DNA of 64,000 bases from Candidatus Amesbacteria bacterium (GTDB lineage: Bacteria > Patescibacteriota > Microgenomatia > CAZETR01 > Amesbacteraceae), in the NCBI GenBank assembly GCA_027331445.1, contig DAHWUD010000003.1:2704-66703 (forward strand), in the 5' to 3' direction. Position 1 is the stretch's first letter, and the number at the start of each line of letters is the position of its first letter. Below the pieces are notes generated by a model. It saw only the letters and a list, made by a program, of their open reading frames with translations, was not told the DNA's origin and made no database searches. This document shows, piece after piece, positions 39,584 through 48,825 of the stretch. The position numbers were made by a program, and so were the translations under genes.

Positions 39584-41455
39584 GTGACAGAAATTTTGAA
39601 GGGCCTGAACCCGGCCCAATTTAAAGCTGTAAAAATAGAGAGCGGACCCTTGCTCATTTTAGCAGGAGCGGGAAGCGGGAAGACAAGGGTACTTACCTAT
39701 AGGGTAGCATATTTGATAAAAGAGGGCGGGGTGGCGGCGGAGAACATCCTACTTCTGACATTTACCAACAAAGCGGCAGAAGAAATGATGCGCCGGGTGA
39801 CGGTGCTGGTGGGGAAAAATTCCGGGCGGGTCACGGGGGGGACATTCCACAGCTTTTGCGCCAGAATCCTGCGCCGGTTCGCGGCAGAAGCGGGCGAGGA
39901 CGAGAAGTTTGTGATCTTTGATACGGCGGATCAGCTGGATACGGTAAGGGCGGCCATGAGCCGACTGGGAGTGGACAGCAAATCCGTAAAGCCGGCGGCG
40001 GTACTGGCGGCAATTTCAGGCGCTAAAAACGAACTGATAGGGCCGGAGGAATACGCCGGCTTTGCCAGAGGCAACTTTCAGCAGGCAGCAGCCAGGGTCT
40101 ATATAGCGTACCAACAGATGCTACGACAATACCGAGCGCTGGATTTTGATGATTTACTGGTAAAGGCGGTGAAACTGCTGCAAAACAATCCCGAGGTGTT
40201 GGAAAAATTACAGGAACAATTTAAATATATCTTAGTCGACGAATACCAGGATACAAATAAAGCCCAATACCAGATAACTAAATTGCTGGCGGCCAAGTAC
40301 CGAAACCTGACGGTGGTGGGGGATGCGGCCCAGGCCATCTATTCCTGGAGAGGGGCGGATTACCGGAATTTACTGCTGCTTAAGATGGACTACCCCGATC
40401 TGGTGACGATAAATCTGGAACAGAATTACCGGTCGACACAGACAATACTGGATGCGGCATACCGGGTGATTTCCAAAAATAAAAACCATCCCATCCTGAA
40501 GTTGTGGACGGAAAGAGGAGGGGGAGAAAAAATCAAGGTGTTTGAAGCGGAGACGGAACTGCAGGAGGCACAGTTTGTGCTGCAGGAAATCAATGAGGGG
40601 GTACTGAGGGGAAAGGAGCTAGCGGATTTTGCGGTTTTGTACCGGACAAACGCGCAGTCGCGGGTGCTGGAAGAGGCGTTTTTACACGCCGGAGTACCCT
40701 ATTCCCTGGTGGGAGGGGTAAGATTTTACGAACGCCGGGAAATCAAAGACGTGCTGGCATATTTGCGGATTCTAATAAATCCTGAGGACGAGATCTCCCG
40801 AAAAAGAGCGGAAAAAATGGGAAAAAGAACCCTGGCCAAATTCGACGAGGAATTTAAAGATTACGATTTAAATCGGGAAACTTTGAAAATACTGGACGAA
40901 GTGCTGGAAAAAACGGGGTACCTGAAACAGTACAACGAGCTGGTGGAGGAAGACGCCATGCGGCTGGAGAACCTGAAGGAACTGCGCAGTGTGGCGACAC
41001 AGTTTCCCCGGCTGGTGGATTTTTTGGAAAATATCGCCCTGACTGAACGGGAGAGCAGAAGCCGGTCGGCCAATACGGGACAGGGGGCGGTGACGTTAAT
41101 GACGATGCATGCAGCTAAGGGACTGGAATTTAAGGCGGTGTTTCTGGTGGGGATGGAAGAAGGACTGTTTCCCCATTCCAGAGCCCTGATGGATCCCACG
41201 CAAATGGAGGAGGAAAGACGGCTGTGCTACGTGGGAATTACGCGGGCGATGGACCAACTATATATGACTTATGCCCAAAGGCGGCTGTTTTTCGGGACAC
41301 GAAGCAGCAATATGGTGTCGAGATTTTTGGCGGATATCCCGGAAACGCTGATTTCCGCGAATACAAAGCAGCTGGTGACAAAAAGGGTGAGCCAAAATTG
41401 GGGATTTGACGAGAACGGAGTGTGGCAGTGGAAACCGGACGAGGTGGATTTTTAG
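39584..41455 (+). CDS. pcrA: ATP-dependent DNA helicase PcrA/UvrD
   Basis: LNPAQ, AGAGSGKTRVLT, VDEYQDTN, LEQNYRS, LYRTNAQSR, EEERRLCYVGITRA; GTG start at 39584. Confidence 0.95.
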   Translation: MTEILKGLNPAQFKAVKIESGPLLILAGAGSGKTRVLTYRVAYLIKEGGVAAENILLLTFTNKAAEEMMRRVTVLVGKNSGRVTGGTFHSFCARILRRFAAEAGEDEKFVIFDTADQLDTVRAAMSRLGVDSKSVKPAAVLAAISGAKNELIGPEEYAGFARGNFQQAAARVYIAYQQMLRQYRALDFDDLLVKAVKLLQNNPEVLEKLQEQFKYILVDEYQDTNKAQYQITKLLAAKYRNLTVVGDAAQAIYSWRGADYRNLLLLKMDYPDLVTINLEQNYRSTQTILDAAYRVISKNKNHPILKLWTERGGGEKIKVFEAETELQEAQFVLQEINEGVLRGKELADFAVLYRTNAQSRVLEEAFLHAGVPYSLVGGVRFYERREIKDVLAYLRILINPEDEISRKRAEKMGKRTLAKFDEEFKDYDLNRETLKILDEVLEKTGYLKQYNELVEEDAMRLENLKELRSVATQFPRLVDFLENIALTERESRSRSANTGQGAVTLMTMHAAKGLEFKAVFLVGMEEGLFPHSRALMDPTQMEEERRLCYVGITRAMDQLYMTYAQRRLFFGTRSSNMVSRFLADIPETLISANTKQLVTKRVSQNWGFDENGVWQWKPDEVDF

Positions 41456-41499
41456 CCCAGGTTAGGTCTCTTGCGCAGGGTTTTCTTGATTACGATCTA

Positions 41500-41844
41500 T
41501 TAACTTACTACAATCGTCAAGCCTTTTTTATGAGCTCTCTTTTCCAGTATTTTGGCCAGTTTGGAATAGCGTTCCTTATGTTTCCAACCCTTTCTATTCA
41601 CATCAAATCGCTTTCCATGTGTGGTGCTCATGCTCCAGACATCCATCACTTGTTCTCCCAATCTTCCATCCGGGTTTACTTTGAAGGATTCAGCGTTTAC
41701 CCCTCGAAAGTCTACGCTGGCTAGAATTGCCAGAGCCGCCTCACCCGTGACTCGCTCATCATAAGGCTTATTTCCAGGGTAAGCCTCCCAAGCTTCATTC
41801 GAGGCTGAGGTTATATATACCCTGGTTTTCCCGTCTTTTTCCAT
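41500..41844 (-). CDS. Hypothetical protein (114 aa)
   Basis: Open frame with an upstream TTGACT-N16-TAAGAT promoter; no family recognised. Confidence 0.6.
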   Translation of the reverse strand: MEKDGKTRVYITSASNEAWEAYPGNKPYDERVTGEAALAILASVDFRGVNAESFKVNPDGRLGEQVMDVWSMSTTHGKRFDVNRKGWKHKERYSKLAKILEKRAHKKGLTIVVS

Positions 41845-41974
41845 GTTGGTCGTATCTTATCACTTCTTCCGAAGAAGTCAACTATAGGACGTTTTGCAAG
41901 GCGAATGGGCCCGGAGTTAGTGATAAAAGGCTGGATAGCAGTCTTTGAAACGGGTAATTGGATATAATTAAGCG

Positions 41975-42880
41975 ATGAGTGAGGCGGAAGAGTGGAATAA
42001 GGGGGTAAATCATCCCCTGCAATCCTTCGAGTGGGGAGAGTTTCGGACCGGCAGACAGCCGGTGTCCAGGGTGGCGGGGACGCAGATTATGTGGAGCCAG
42101 ATACCCAAAACACCATGGTATTTCGGGTACGTACCGATGGGAAAGATGCCAAGCGATGAAGAGCTTGAAATCCTGAGAATTGAGGCAAAAAGACAAAAGG
42201 CGGTGGGGATAAGATTTGAGCCGCAGGTACCCGGGGAAAAAATTCCGGAAAAATTGAGACCGGGACGAGGGTTATTTAAACAAAAGACATTTATCTGGGA
42301 TTTGACTAGACCAGAAGAAGAATTACTGAAAAACATGCATCCCAAGGGGCGGTACAATATCAAAGTGGCGCAAAAGCACGGCGTGACGGCGGAGGAAGAC
42401 GATTCCGACGCGGCGTTTGACAAGTATTTGGAGCTGATGTTTACCGGAACGGCGGCGAGACAAAAGATTTATGCGCACCAAAAAGATTATCATGAGCAAT
42501 TGTGGGCGGCCCTTAGGGGCAAGATGGCTCATTTATGGGTGGCCAAATATCAAGGAAAAATAATTGCCGCGGATATGATATTTAAATTTAAGGAGAGGAT
42601 TTATTACGCTTACGGGGCGTCGGCGCTGGAGCACAAAGAGGTGATGGCCCCGACGCTTCTACTGTGGGAGATTGCCAGGTGGGGAATAAGATCGGGCATG
42701 AAAGAATTCGACCTGTGGGGAGCGGAGGAAGGAAAGGGGTTTTCCCGATTTAAAGAGCAGTTCGGAGCAAAATTGGTGGAATTGCCGGGAAGTTTTGATT
42801 TGATAGTCAATCCGACGGGGTACAAATTATTCCGGATAGCGGAGGAGGTGCGATGGAAAATTCTGAGGCGGTTAAAATAG
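41975..42880 (+). CDS. FemABX-family peptidoglycan cross-bridge peptidyltransferase
   Basis: HPLQSFEWGEFR, MHPKGRYNIKVAQKHGV, YYAYGAS, FDLWG, GFSRFKEQFG. Confidence 0.9.
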   Translation: MSEAEEWNKGVNHPLQSFEWGEFRTGRQPVSRVAGTQIMWSQIPKTPWYFGYVPMGKMPSDEELEILRIEAKRQKAVGIRFEPQVPGEKIPEKLRPGRGLFKQKTFIWDLTRPEEELLKNMHPKGRYNIKVAQKHGVTAEEDDSDAAFDKYLELMFTGTAARQKIYAHQKDYHEQLWAALRGKMAHLWVAKYQGKIIAADMIFKFKERIYYAYGASALEHKEVMAPTLLLWEIARWGIRSGMKEFDLWGAEEGKGFSRFKEQFGAKLVELPGSFDLIVNPTGYKLFRIAEEVRWKILRRLK

Positions 42881-43698
42881 AGACGGACTTACGGCAGACA
42901 CCGGAATACGGCAGATTTCTCGAGCGGGTGGGGTGGAAAACGGTGCAGGTGGCGGGCCGGCAAATGTTTCTGCGCAAATTGGGGCCGGTAAAAATAGCCA
43001 AAATGCAACGAGTAGATCTGCCTATCCCCGTTGCGGATATGGAAAGAATATTCCGACAGGAAAAAATAATTATGTGCAAACTGGAACCCAGAGAGGGGCA
43101 GAGCGAAGAAAAACTGAAGGAGCTAAAAAAACTGGGGTTTGCCCAGGATAAATGGCCGCTTTTGGGAGCGAAAACACTGCGGGTAAACATCAGACCGGCG
43201 GCGGAAGCGCTGATGAGTTCATTTAAAAAGGACGCCAGATATTGCTTAAAAAAGGCCCTGGCGGCGGCAGTAGACATAAAATTGAACGATTGGGGGGTGT
43301 TTTATGATACCTGGAAAAAAGCGGCCAAAAACAAGGATTTGTGGATTCCGCCTAAAAAGGACGTGCAGGCGCTGCAGGAGGCATTCGGGGAGAAGTGTTT
43401 CTGCCTGACGGCGGGGAAGATGGCGGGGGTGGTAGTAATCGTGGTCATGCAGACGGCCTATTACTATTATTCGGCGGCATTGCCGGAAGCCAAAAAATTA
43501 CAATTACCCTACCGGATGGTGTGGGAAGGGATGCGGGAAGCAAAAAACCGCGGGGCGCTGGTATGGGACTTTGAGGGCATATACGACAAAAGGTGGCCGA
43601 CAAAGGGGTGGAAGGGATTTACCCATTTTAAAAAGAGCTTCGGGGGAGTGGAAATTGAATTCCCCGGCAGCTTTATAAAATGGCGGTGGCCGTTTTAA
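42853..43698 (+). CDS. Second FemABX-family peptidyltransferase
   Basis: DLRQTPEY, FKKDARYCLKKA, YYYYSA, WDFEGI, GFTHFKKSFGG. Confidence 0.88.
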   Translation: MENSEAVKIETDLRQTPEYGRFLERVGWKTVQVAGRQMFLRKLGPVKIAKMQRVDLPIPVADMERIFRQEKIIMCKLEPREGQSEEKLKELKKLGFAQDKWPLLGAKTLRVNIRPAAEALMSSFKKDARYCLKKALAAAVDIKLNDWGVFYDTWKKAAKNKDLWIPPKKDVQALQEAFGEKCFCLTAGKMAGVVVIVVMQTAYYYYSAALPEAKKLQLPYRMVWEGMREAKNRGALVWDFEGIYDKRWPTKGWKGFTHFKKSFGGVEIEFPGSFIKWRWPF

Positions 43699-44102
43699 TG
43701 GTAAAAGGTGTAGTCGGGGCGAAGAAAAAGAAAAATTAAGAGAATTTCGGCGACAGTAAAAAGAAGAAAGCCCAGAAAAGCCGACCAGGCGGGAGAATTG
43801 TAACTGGTCCAGTAACCACGTTTGGCCTGAGCGGGGGTGAGGTGATATTTGCCGGGGAGAAGCTGAATTCGGGAGCGATGAATCAAGAAAGTGGAGCCGC
43901 GGGAGAGATGGCGGAAAAACTGAAGAGACCAAACCGAAAAGAAAACTACGGGAAAGGCAAAAACCAACGTGCGAAACGGGTGGTCGAAGGGAGTAACCTG
44001 GGCAAAGGAAACGGTAACGGCGCGGAAGAGCACAGATTCAGTATGGCGGGCTAAATAGTTAACTGTCAACAGCTGCGAAGTCGCAGAGCATTTTGAAATC
44101 AC
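43695..44102 (-). CDS. Hypothetical two-TM protein (start uncertain, possibly TTG 44069)
   Basis: Open frame with two hydrophobic segments fills the gap after the helicase. Confidence 0.5.
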   Translation of the reverse strand: MISKCSATSQLLTVNYLARHTESVLFRAVTVSFAQVTPFDHPFRTLVFAFPVVFFSVWSLQFFRHLSRGSTFLIHRSRIQLLPGKYHLTPAQAKRGYWTSYNSPAWSAFLGFLLFTVAEILLIFLFLRPDYTFYH

Positions 44103-46974
44103 AACTTTTGCACAGGGGAGATCCGGAGCACTTGAAGTCGGAGTGGGCTATCGCGTCGGCATAAGAGAGAATCTGCAGTCTGGCCTGGCCCAGCTGAGCG
44201 GCCGTGCGGGTGGTGGAAACTTTTTTATGCTCGTCAAAATAATAGAGAGTCAACCTGATGTTCCCGGGCGGCTGATGGAACGGCGGAGTGGGCAAAAGGG
44301 TCGCGGCCAAGGCATAAAAAGAGAGCTGAAGATCGGTAGCGGCTTGTTTGGGAGTGAGGCTATGAGCGCCGGTTTTGTAATCAACAATTTCTATGCCGCC
44401 GTCAGGCAGGGCGTCCACCCGGTCAATTTTGCCGCCGATTTTTAAGGGACCCAGAGAAACCGTAAACGGCTCCTCCAATTTAAGAGGAAGGCGGCGGGGG
44501 TCAAATTCCCGTTTGACATAATCAGAAAGAAAGGCCTGGCCTTTGGCAAAATAATCATCGGCCTGCCGACGGTGAAGATAGCCCTCAGGAATCCAGTTGC
44601 GGGCATAGATTTCCAGAATATCCGGCGAGGTGCCACGGCGGACCTGCTCGTAGAACTCCCGCAAAGACAAGTGAATGGTGTTGCCAAAACTCGAAGCGGC
44701 GTGCGGAGGAGAGGGCAACTTCAGCAGATATTTGGCTTTGTAGTGCAAAGGGCAGTCCAGAAAGGTCTGAATCTGGGAATAACTTAAATAATCAACTTTG
44801 ACGGGATGGGGGAGGGCGGGGAGAGAAGATTTCGGAGCCGGTGACTGCCAATCAAGAAGAGAGAGCTGGTCGGAGGAAGAAACGGCAGAGGAGACATTTC
44901 CCAGAGCTTCGGTGATAAAAGGAGAGAGAGATTTGGCGCGTTTGCCAACGCCGTAATAATCGGCAGCAGTAAGATAGAGCAGGTCCCGGGCCCGGGTCAT
45001 ACCGACGTAAAAAAGGCGGCGTTCTTCCTGAAGATGAAAGTCGCCCCGGGGCAGGATTTCCTTGATGAGGGCGTCAGGGACGGGCAGGGGTTCGCGGCGC
45101 TCCTGGGAAGGGAAACGCAAAGAGACCAGGTTGACCAGAAAGACAACGGGGAACTCTAAACCCTTGGCTGAGTGCAAGGTGAGAATACTGACCGCATCGT
45201 TGGCACTCCAATCCACGTCCGAGGCGGCGGGTGACTCCCCAATCTCGGTCGCCAACTCAATCCAGTTAACTACCGCCGGGACGGAGGCATCGGAATTGGC
45301 AAATTCGAAGGACTTTAATTTATTAAAGAATTTAACCACATTGGCGGATGAAGTTTCGTTGAATGGCGGGGAGTAGTCGGTGACGGCCCGGAGAAGACCG
45401 GAATCCTGTAAAAAGGCAAAGAGGATCTGGCCGGCTGAAGCCTGGGGCAATTGGCCGAGATGACGGTGAACCAGATTGACGATATCAGTCAGGGGAGCTG
45501 TAAAACCGGAGGGAAATTCGGGCAGCGGGGCGGTAAAGGGTTTAATGCGGGTAACAATTTCGGCGGCGGTAAAAAGCGGCAGGTGATAACGCCTGGCAAA
45601 ACTGCCCAGGGTAGCCAGATCACGGGGGGAGAGAGCAAAAAAGGCCGAGGAAAAAACGCGATAGGCCGAAGGGTCATCTTCCAGGTTATTTAAAAGATAT
45701 AGATAGGCGATAAGATCCTTAACTTCGGGTTGGTGGAAAAGTTCACCGGGACCCAAAAACTGAAAGGGCAGATTGGCGTGAGCCAGGGAACGGGCGAAAG
45801 GATCGGCGTGCGCGTTGGCCCGGACTAACACGGCAAAGTCGCGGGGGGCGTAGGGGGAACCGGGTAAGTCGAGGAGGCGGCGGATTTCACGGGCAACGGC
45901 ATCGGCTTCCTGCTCCCCCCGTTCAAGATGAAAAAATTTGACCGGTTCTCCGGGAAGATGGCGGGCGGAGGTGAGGTGTTTATCAATTTTTTCGGCAACT
46001 TCCAGGCGATCTGGGTTGTTGTTTTGGATAAGAGAGTAGGAACGGTCGAGAATTTCCTGGGTGGAACGGAAGTTTTGGGTAAGAACAACCAATTTACAAG
46101 CCGGGTAGGTGCGGCGGAATTGGAGAACGTTACTGACGGCGGCGCCGCGCCAGCGATAGATACTCTGATCATCGTCGGCCACAACGGTAAGGTTGGCAGT
46201 TTTCCCTGCCAGAAGAAGAAGCAGCTGATTTTGGGCATAATTGGTATCCTGAAATTCATCGACTAAAAGATATTTGAATTTTTGCCGGTAAATTTTAAGG
46301 ATATTGGGGCGAAGCCGGAAAAGGCGCAGGGTGTAGGCAATGAGATCACCGTAATCCAGAACGCCGGCTTGTTCTTTGATTTCGGTGTAACGGGAATAAA
46401 GGTGAGCTAACTCGAGATTTTTCCGGGCGTCAAGCTGCAGGGTAGGATCGGCTGAGGCCAGGTCGGGCTGAGAAGAGGCCCAGGATAAATATTCGGCCGG
46501 GGTAATATCTTCGTCCTGAAGACGACTGAAGTGCTGAAGGAGGCTGCCGATGAATTTGGCGGGGTTACCCAGGGGGCGAAAATAATCAGCGGGGAGAGAA
46601 AATAAATGCCGGCGCAAGAGGGCGACGGAGTCGGCCTCGGTGAGGAGACGAAAGTTGGAAGACAGACCGATATGTAGACCCTCATCCCGCAGCAGGCGGT
46701 CACAAAAGGCATGAAAGGTCATGACCCACATTTGGGTAAATCCCAAAGGCAAGGCCAGGTCGATCCGCTCCTCCATTTCACGGGAGGCTTTTTCGGTGAA
46801 AGTCAGAGCCAGAATTTCTTCGGGCAAGGCGAGATGGCGGGAGATCAGCCACCTGACGCGCTCGGTAATGACGGTGGTTTTGCCGGTGCCGGCGCCGGCG
46901 ATAATAAGGAGGGGGCCGGAACCATGATGAACGGCGGCAAGCTGCTGACGGTTAAGTTTCTTTTCGCCGGACAT
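44059..46974 (-). CDS. UvrD-family helicase fused to a C-terminal PD-(D/E)XK nuclease (AddA/AdnB-like)
   Basis: AGAGTGKT, VDEFQD, QNFRS, EERRLFYVGMTRA; then LSYSQI..F.DCP, GKIDRVD, IVDYKTG, QLSFYA, CKSCDFKMLC; start MSGEKK at 46974. Confidence 0.92.
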   Translation of the reverse strand: MSGEKKLNRQQLAAVHHGSGPLLIIAGAGTGKTTVITERVRWLISRHLALPEEILALTFTEKASREMEERIDLALPLGFTQMWVMTFHAFCDRLLRDEGLHIGLSSNFRLLTEADSVALLRRHLFSLPADYFRPLGNPAKFIGSLLQHFSRLQDEDITPAEYLSWASSQPDLASADPTLQLDARKNLELAHLYSRYTEIKEQAGVLDYGDLIAYTLRLFRLRPNILKIYRQKFKYLLVDEFQDTNYAQNQLLLLLAGKTANLTVVADDDQSIYRWRGAAVSNVLQFRRTYPACKLVVLTQNFRSTQEILDRSYSLIQNNNPDRLEVAEKIDKHLTSARHLPGEPVKFFHLERGEQEADAVAREIRRLLDLPGSPYAPRDFAVLVRANAHADPFARSLAHANLPFQFLGPGELFHQPEVKDLIAYLYLLNNLEDDPSAYRVFSSAFFALSPRDLATLGSFARRYHLPLFTAAEIVTRIKPFTAPLPEFPSGFTAPLTDIVNLVHRHLGQLPQASAGQILFAFLQDSGLLRAVTDYSPPFNETSSANVVKFFNKLKSFEFANSDASVPAVVNWIELATEIGESPAASDVDWSANDAVSILTLHSAKGLEFPVVFLVNLVSLRFPSQERREPLPVPDALIKEILPRGDFHLQEERRLFYVGMTRARDLLYLTAADYYGVGKRAKSLSPFITEALGNVSSAVSSSDQLSLLDWQSPAPKSSLPALPHPVKVDYLSYSQIQTFLDCPLHYKAKYLLKLPSPPHAASSFGNTIHLSLREFYEQVRRGTSPDILEIYARNWIPEGYLHRRQADDYFAKGQAFLSDYVKREFDPRRLPLKLEEPFTVSLGPLKIGGKIDRVDALPDGGIEIVDYKTGAHSLTPKQAATDLQLSFYALAATLLPTPPFHQPPGNIRLTLYYFDEHKKVSTTRTAAQLGQARLQILSYADAIAHSDFKCSGSPLCKSCDFKMLCDFAAVDS

Positions 46975-46994
46975 GGGGTTATTATACGGCCAAG
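46975..46994. promoter_or_regulatory. Bidirectional -10 promoter helicase/rnhB
   Basis: 20-bp gap GGGGT-TATTATA-CGGCCAAG between divergent start codons. Confidence 0.7.
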
Positions 46995-47597
46995 ATGAGA
47001 ATTGCCGGATTGGACGAAGTGGGAAGAGGGGCGCTGGCCGGGCCATTGGTGGCAGCGGGGGTGATATTGAAAAGTTCAAGATTCAAGAATCAGGGTTCTA
47101 TAACCAGGCTGGACGATTCTAAGAAATTAAAGCATGAGCACAGGGCAAAATTGTATAAGGAGATTATCGGGTCGGGGGCAGAAGTGGTGACTGAGGTAAT
47201 TTCGGTCCGACAAGTAAACAACCGGGGCATGGGGTGGGCAAATAAAGAAATATTCCGGAGAATTATCAGAAAAATGGAGGCAGATAAATATATTGTGGAC
47301 GGAAATTTAAGATTGGGAAGAATTAACGGGAAATCGGCTAAGGTTAAGTCGGTAGTAAAGGCAGATGCCAGCCGTAAGTGTGTGATGGCGGCGGCAATTG
47401 TAGCCAAGGAATTCAGGGATGAGATAATGAACCAACTCCATGGAGAATTTCCGAAGTATGGGTGGAGGTCGAATAAGGGATACGGAACTAAAGGGCATAT
47501 TCAGGCAATCAGGGACTATGGAGCTGTAAAATACCACCGGGATGTATATGTAAACACTGTCCTGTCAGGTGATCTCTCCGTTAACAAGCTGGCTTAA
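46995..47597 (+). CDS. rnhB: Ribonuclease HII
   Basis: AGLDEVGRGALAGP, DDSKKL, VDGN, VKADA, AAAIVAK, NKGYGT. Confidence 0.95.
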   Translation: MRIAGLDEVGRGALAGPLVAAGVILKSSRFKNQGSITRLDDSKKLKHEHRAKLYKEIIGSGAEVVTEVISVRQVNNRGMGWANKEIFRRIIRKMEADKYIVDGNLRLGRINGKSAKVKSVVKADASRKCVMAAAIVAKEFRDEIMNQLHGEFPKYGWRSNKGYGTKGHIQAIRDYGAVKYHRDVYVNTVLSGDLSVNKLA

Positions 47598-47834
47598 TAA
47601 TTTGGAGTACCCCTGTCTGTCTGCAAAATCCAAATGCTCTTCCTCTCGGGCCAATTGATCCGCCCGGGCACGAAGTTCCGGAGTAATCGTATGCTGAGTG
47701 ATTTCGGGGGTTTCCCTTTGAAAATCCTTCCTTACACCTGACGCCTTTTGCAGTTCTTTAGTGAGAGTCTGCTGCCAGAGATGTACTCTCTGACGCTCGG
47801 CAGCGAAAGTTCCCGGATGAGCTTCGCGTCTCAT
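47565..47834 (-). CDS. Hypothetical protein (89 aa)
   Basis: Open frame; TTTAAT 6 nt before the ATG; no family recognised. Confidence 0.45.
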   Translation of the reverse strand: MRREAHPGTFAAERQRVHLWQQTLTKELQKASGVRKDFQRETPEITQHTITPELRARADQLAREEEHLDFADRQGYSKLLSQLVNGEIT

Positions 47835-47922
47835 GGGACTATTAAAACTGCGGGGGGTAAGAAATTAAAGTCTGCAAAAATAGTTCGCAATGTGTTATCG
47901 CGGATCTGTCCGGCCCTTTTGG

Positions 47923-48825
47923 TCAGGATTCAAGCTTAGGGGAAGAGGCGGAGGCAGAGAGGTGGTGAGTGCGGGAGATTTTCTGACCTAAAGTACCAAA
48001 AGACTGGGTAACATTGGTCATCTGGCTGGCGGCATTGGTGAGATGACGGGAGAGAACACCGAGATGGTTTTCGACCTGGGAGTAATCTTTTTGGATGGCC
48101 CGGAGAAGCTCCCAAACCTCACGGGTCTTAGATTCCAGCTCTTTACCCTGAAAAGAGAGGAAAAGTACCTGGAGATGGGCGTAAAGGGTGTTGGGAGAAA
48201 CCGGATAAACACGGTGTTTCCTGGCAAATTCGGAGATTTCGGGAAGATTGATAATTTCGTAATAGACCGACTCGGAAGGAATGTACATGAGGGCAAAATC
48301 GAGAGTTCCTTCTGCGGGAAGAATATATTTTTGAGAAATATCGATAATGTGTTTTCTAATATCGGAGATAAAAGCGGATTTGGATCCTGGGACGCCGGCG
48401 GCCAGGGATTTAAAATCGGCCAGGGGAAACTTGGAATCAATACAGAGCAGGCCGGCGTCGGTCTGAAGGGCAGCGTCGACTTTGACGCCGGATTTAAAAG
48501 AATACTGAAGGTGAAAGGAGTTTTTAGGAAAAACCTGGCCAAGCATCTCGGTTAAAACTTCCTCACCCAAACCGCCGCGAAGTTTGGGAGATTGGAGAAA
48601 ATCCTGGAGAGAGCGAATGCCACGGCCGATTTCGGACATTTCGCCCAAGTTTTTCTGAACGGAAGACATCAGGGAGGCAGAATAATCAAGGCGCTGATTG
48701 AGTTCGTGGGTAGATGATTGCAACCACTGAGAAAGAGTGGTGTCGGAGCGGGTCCAGCGACGGAGAAAATAAAGGGTGACAATAAATCCCAGAATAATTA
48801 CTGCTAAAATCAAATACAGTTCCAT
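47923..48825 (-). CDS. rmuC: DNA recombination protein RmuC family
   Basis: N-terminal TM, PKLRGGLGE, IDSKFP, KYILP, DFALMYIPSESVY, PVSPNT. Confidence 0.92.
   Translation of the reverse strand: MELYLILAVIILGFIVTLYFLRRWTRSDTTLSQWLQSSTHELNQRLDYSASLMSSVQKNLGEMSEIGRGIRSLQDFLQSPKLRGGLGEEVLTEMLGQVFPKNSFHLQYSFKSGVKVDAALQTDAGLLCIDSKFPLADFKSLAAGVPGSKSAFISDIRKHIIDISQKYILPAEGTLDFALMYIPSESVYYEIINLPEISEFARKHRVYPVSPNTLYAHLQVLFLSFQGKELESKTREVWELLRAIQKDYSQVENHLGVLSRHLTNAASQMTNVTQSFGTLGQKISRTHHLSASASSPKLES

Noticed and set aside
39584-48825. Helicase, nuclease and RmuC genes as an anti-phage defence island
   Set aside because: All fit housekeeping repair families and are interspersed with rnhB and fem genes; no defence-specific partners recognised
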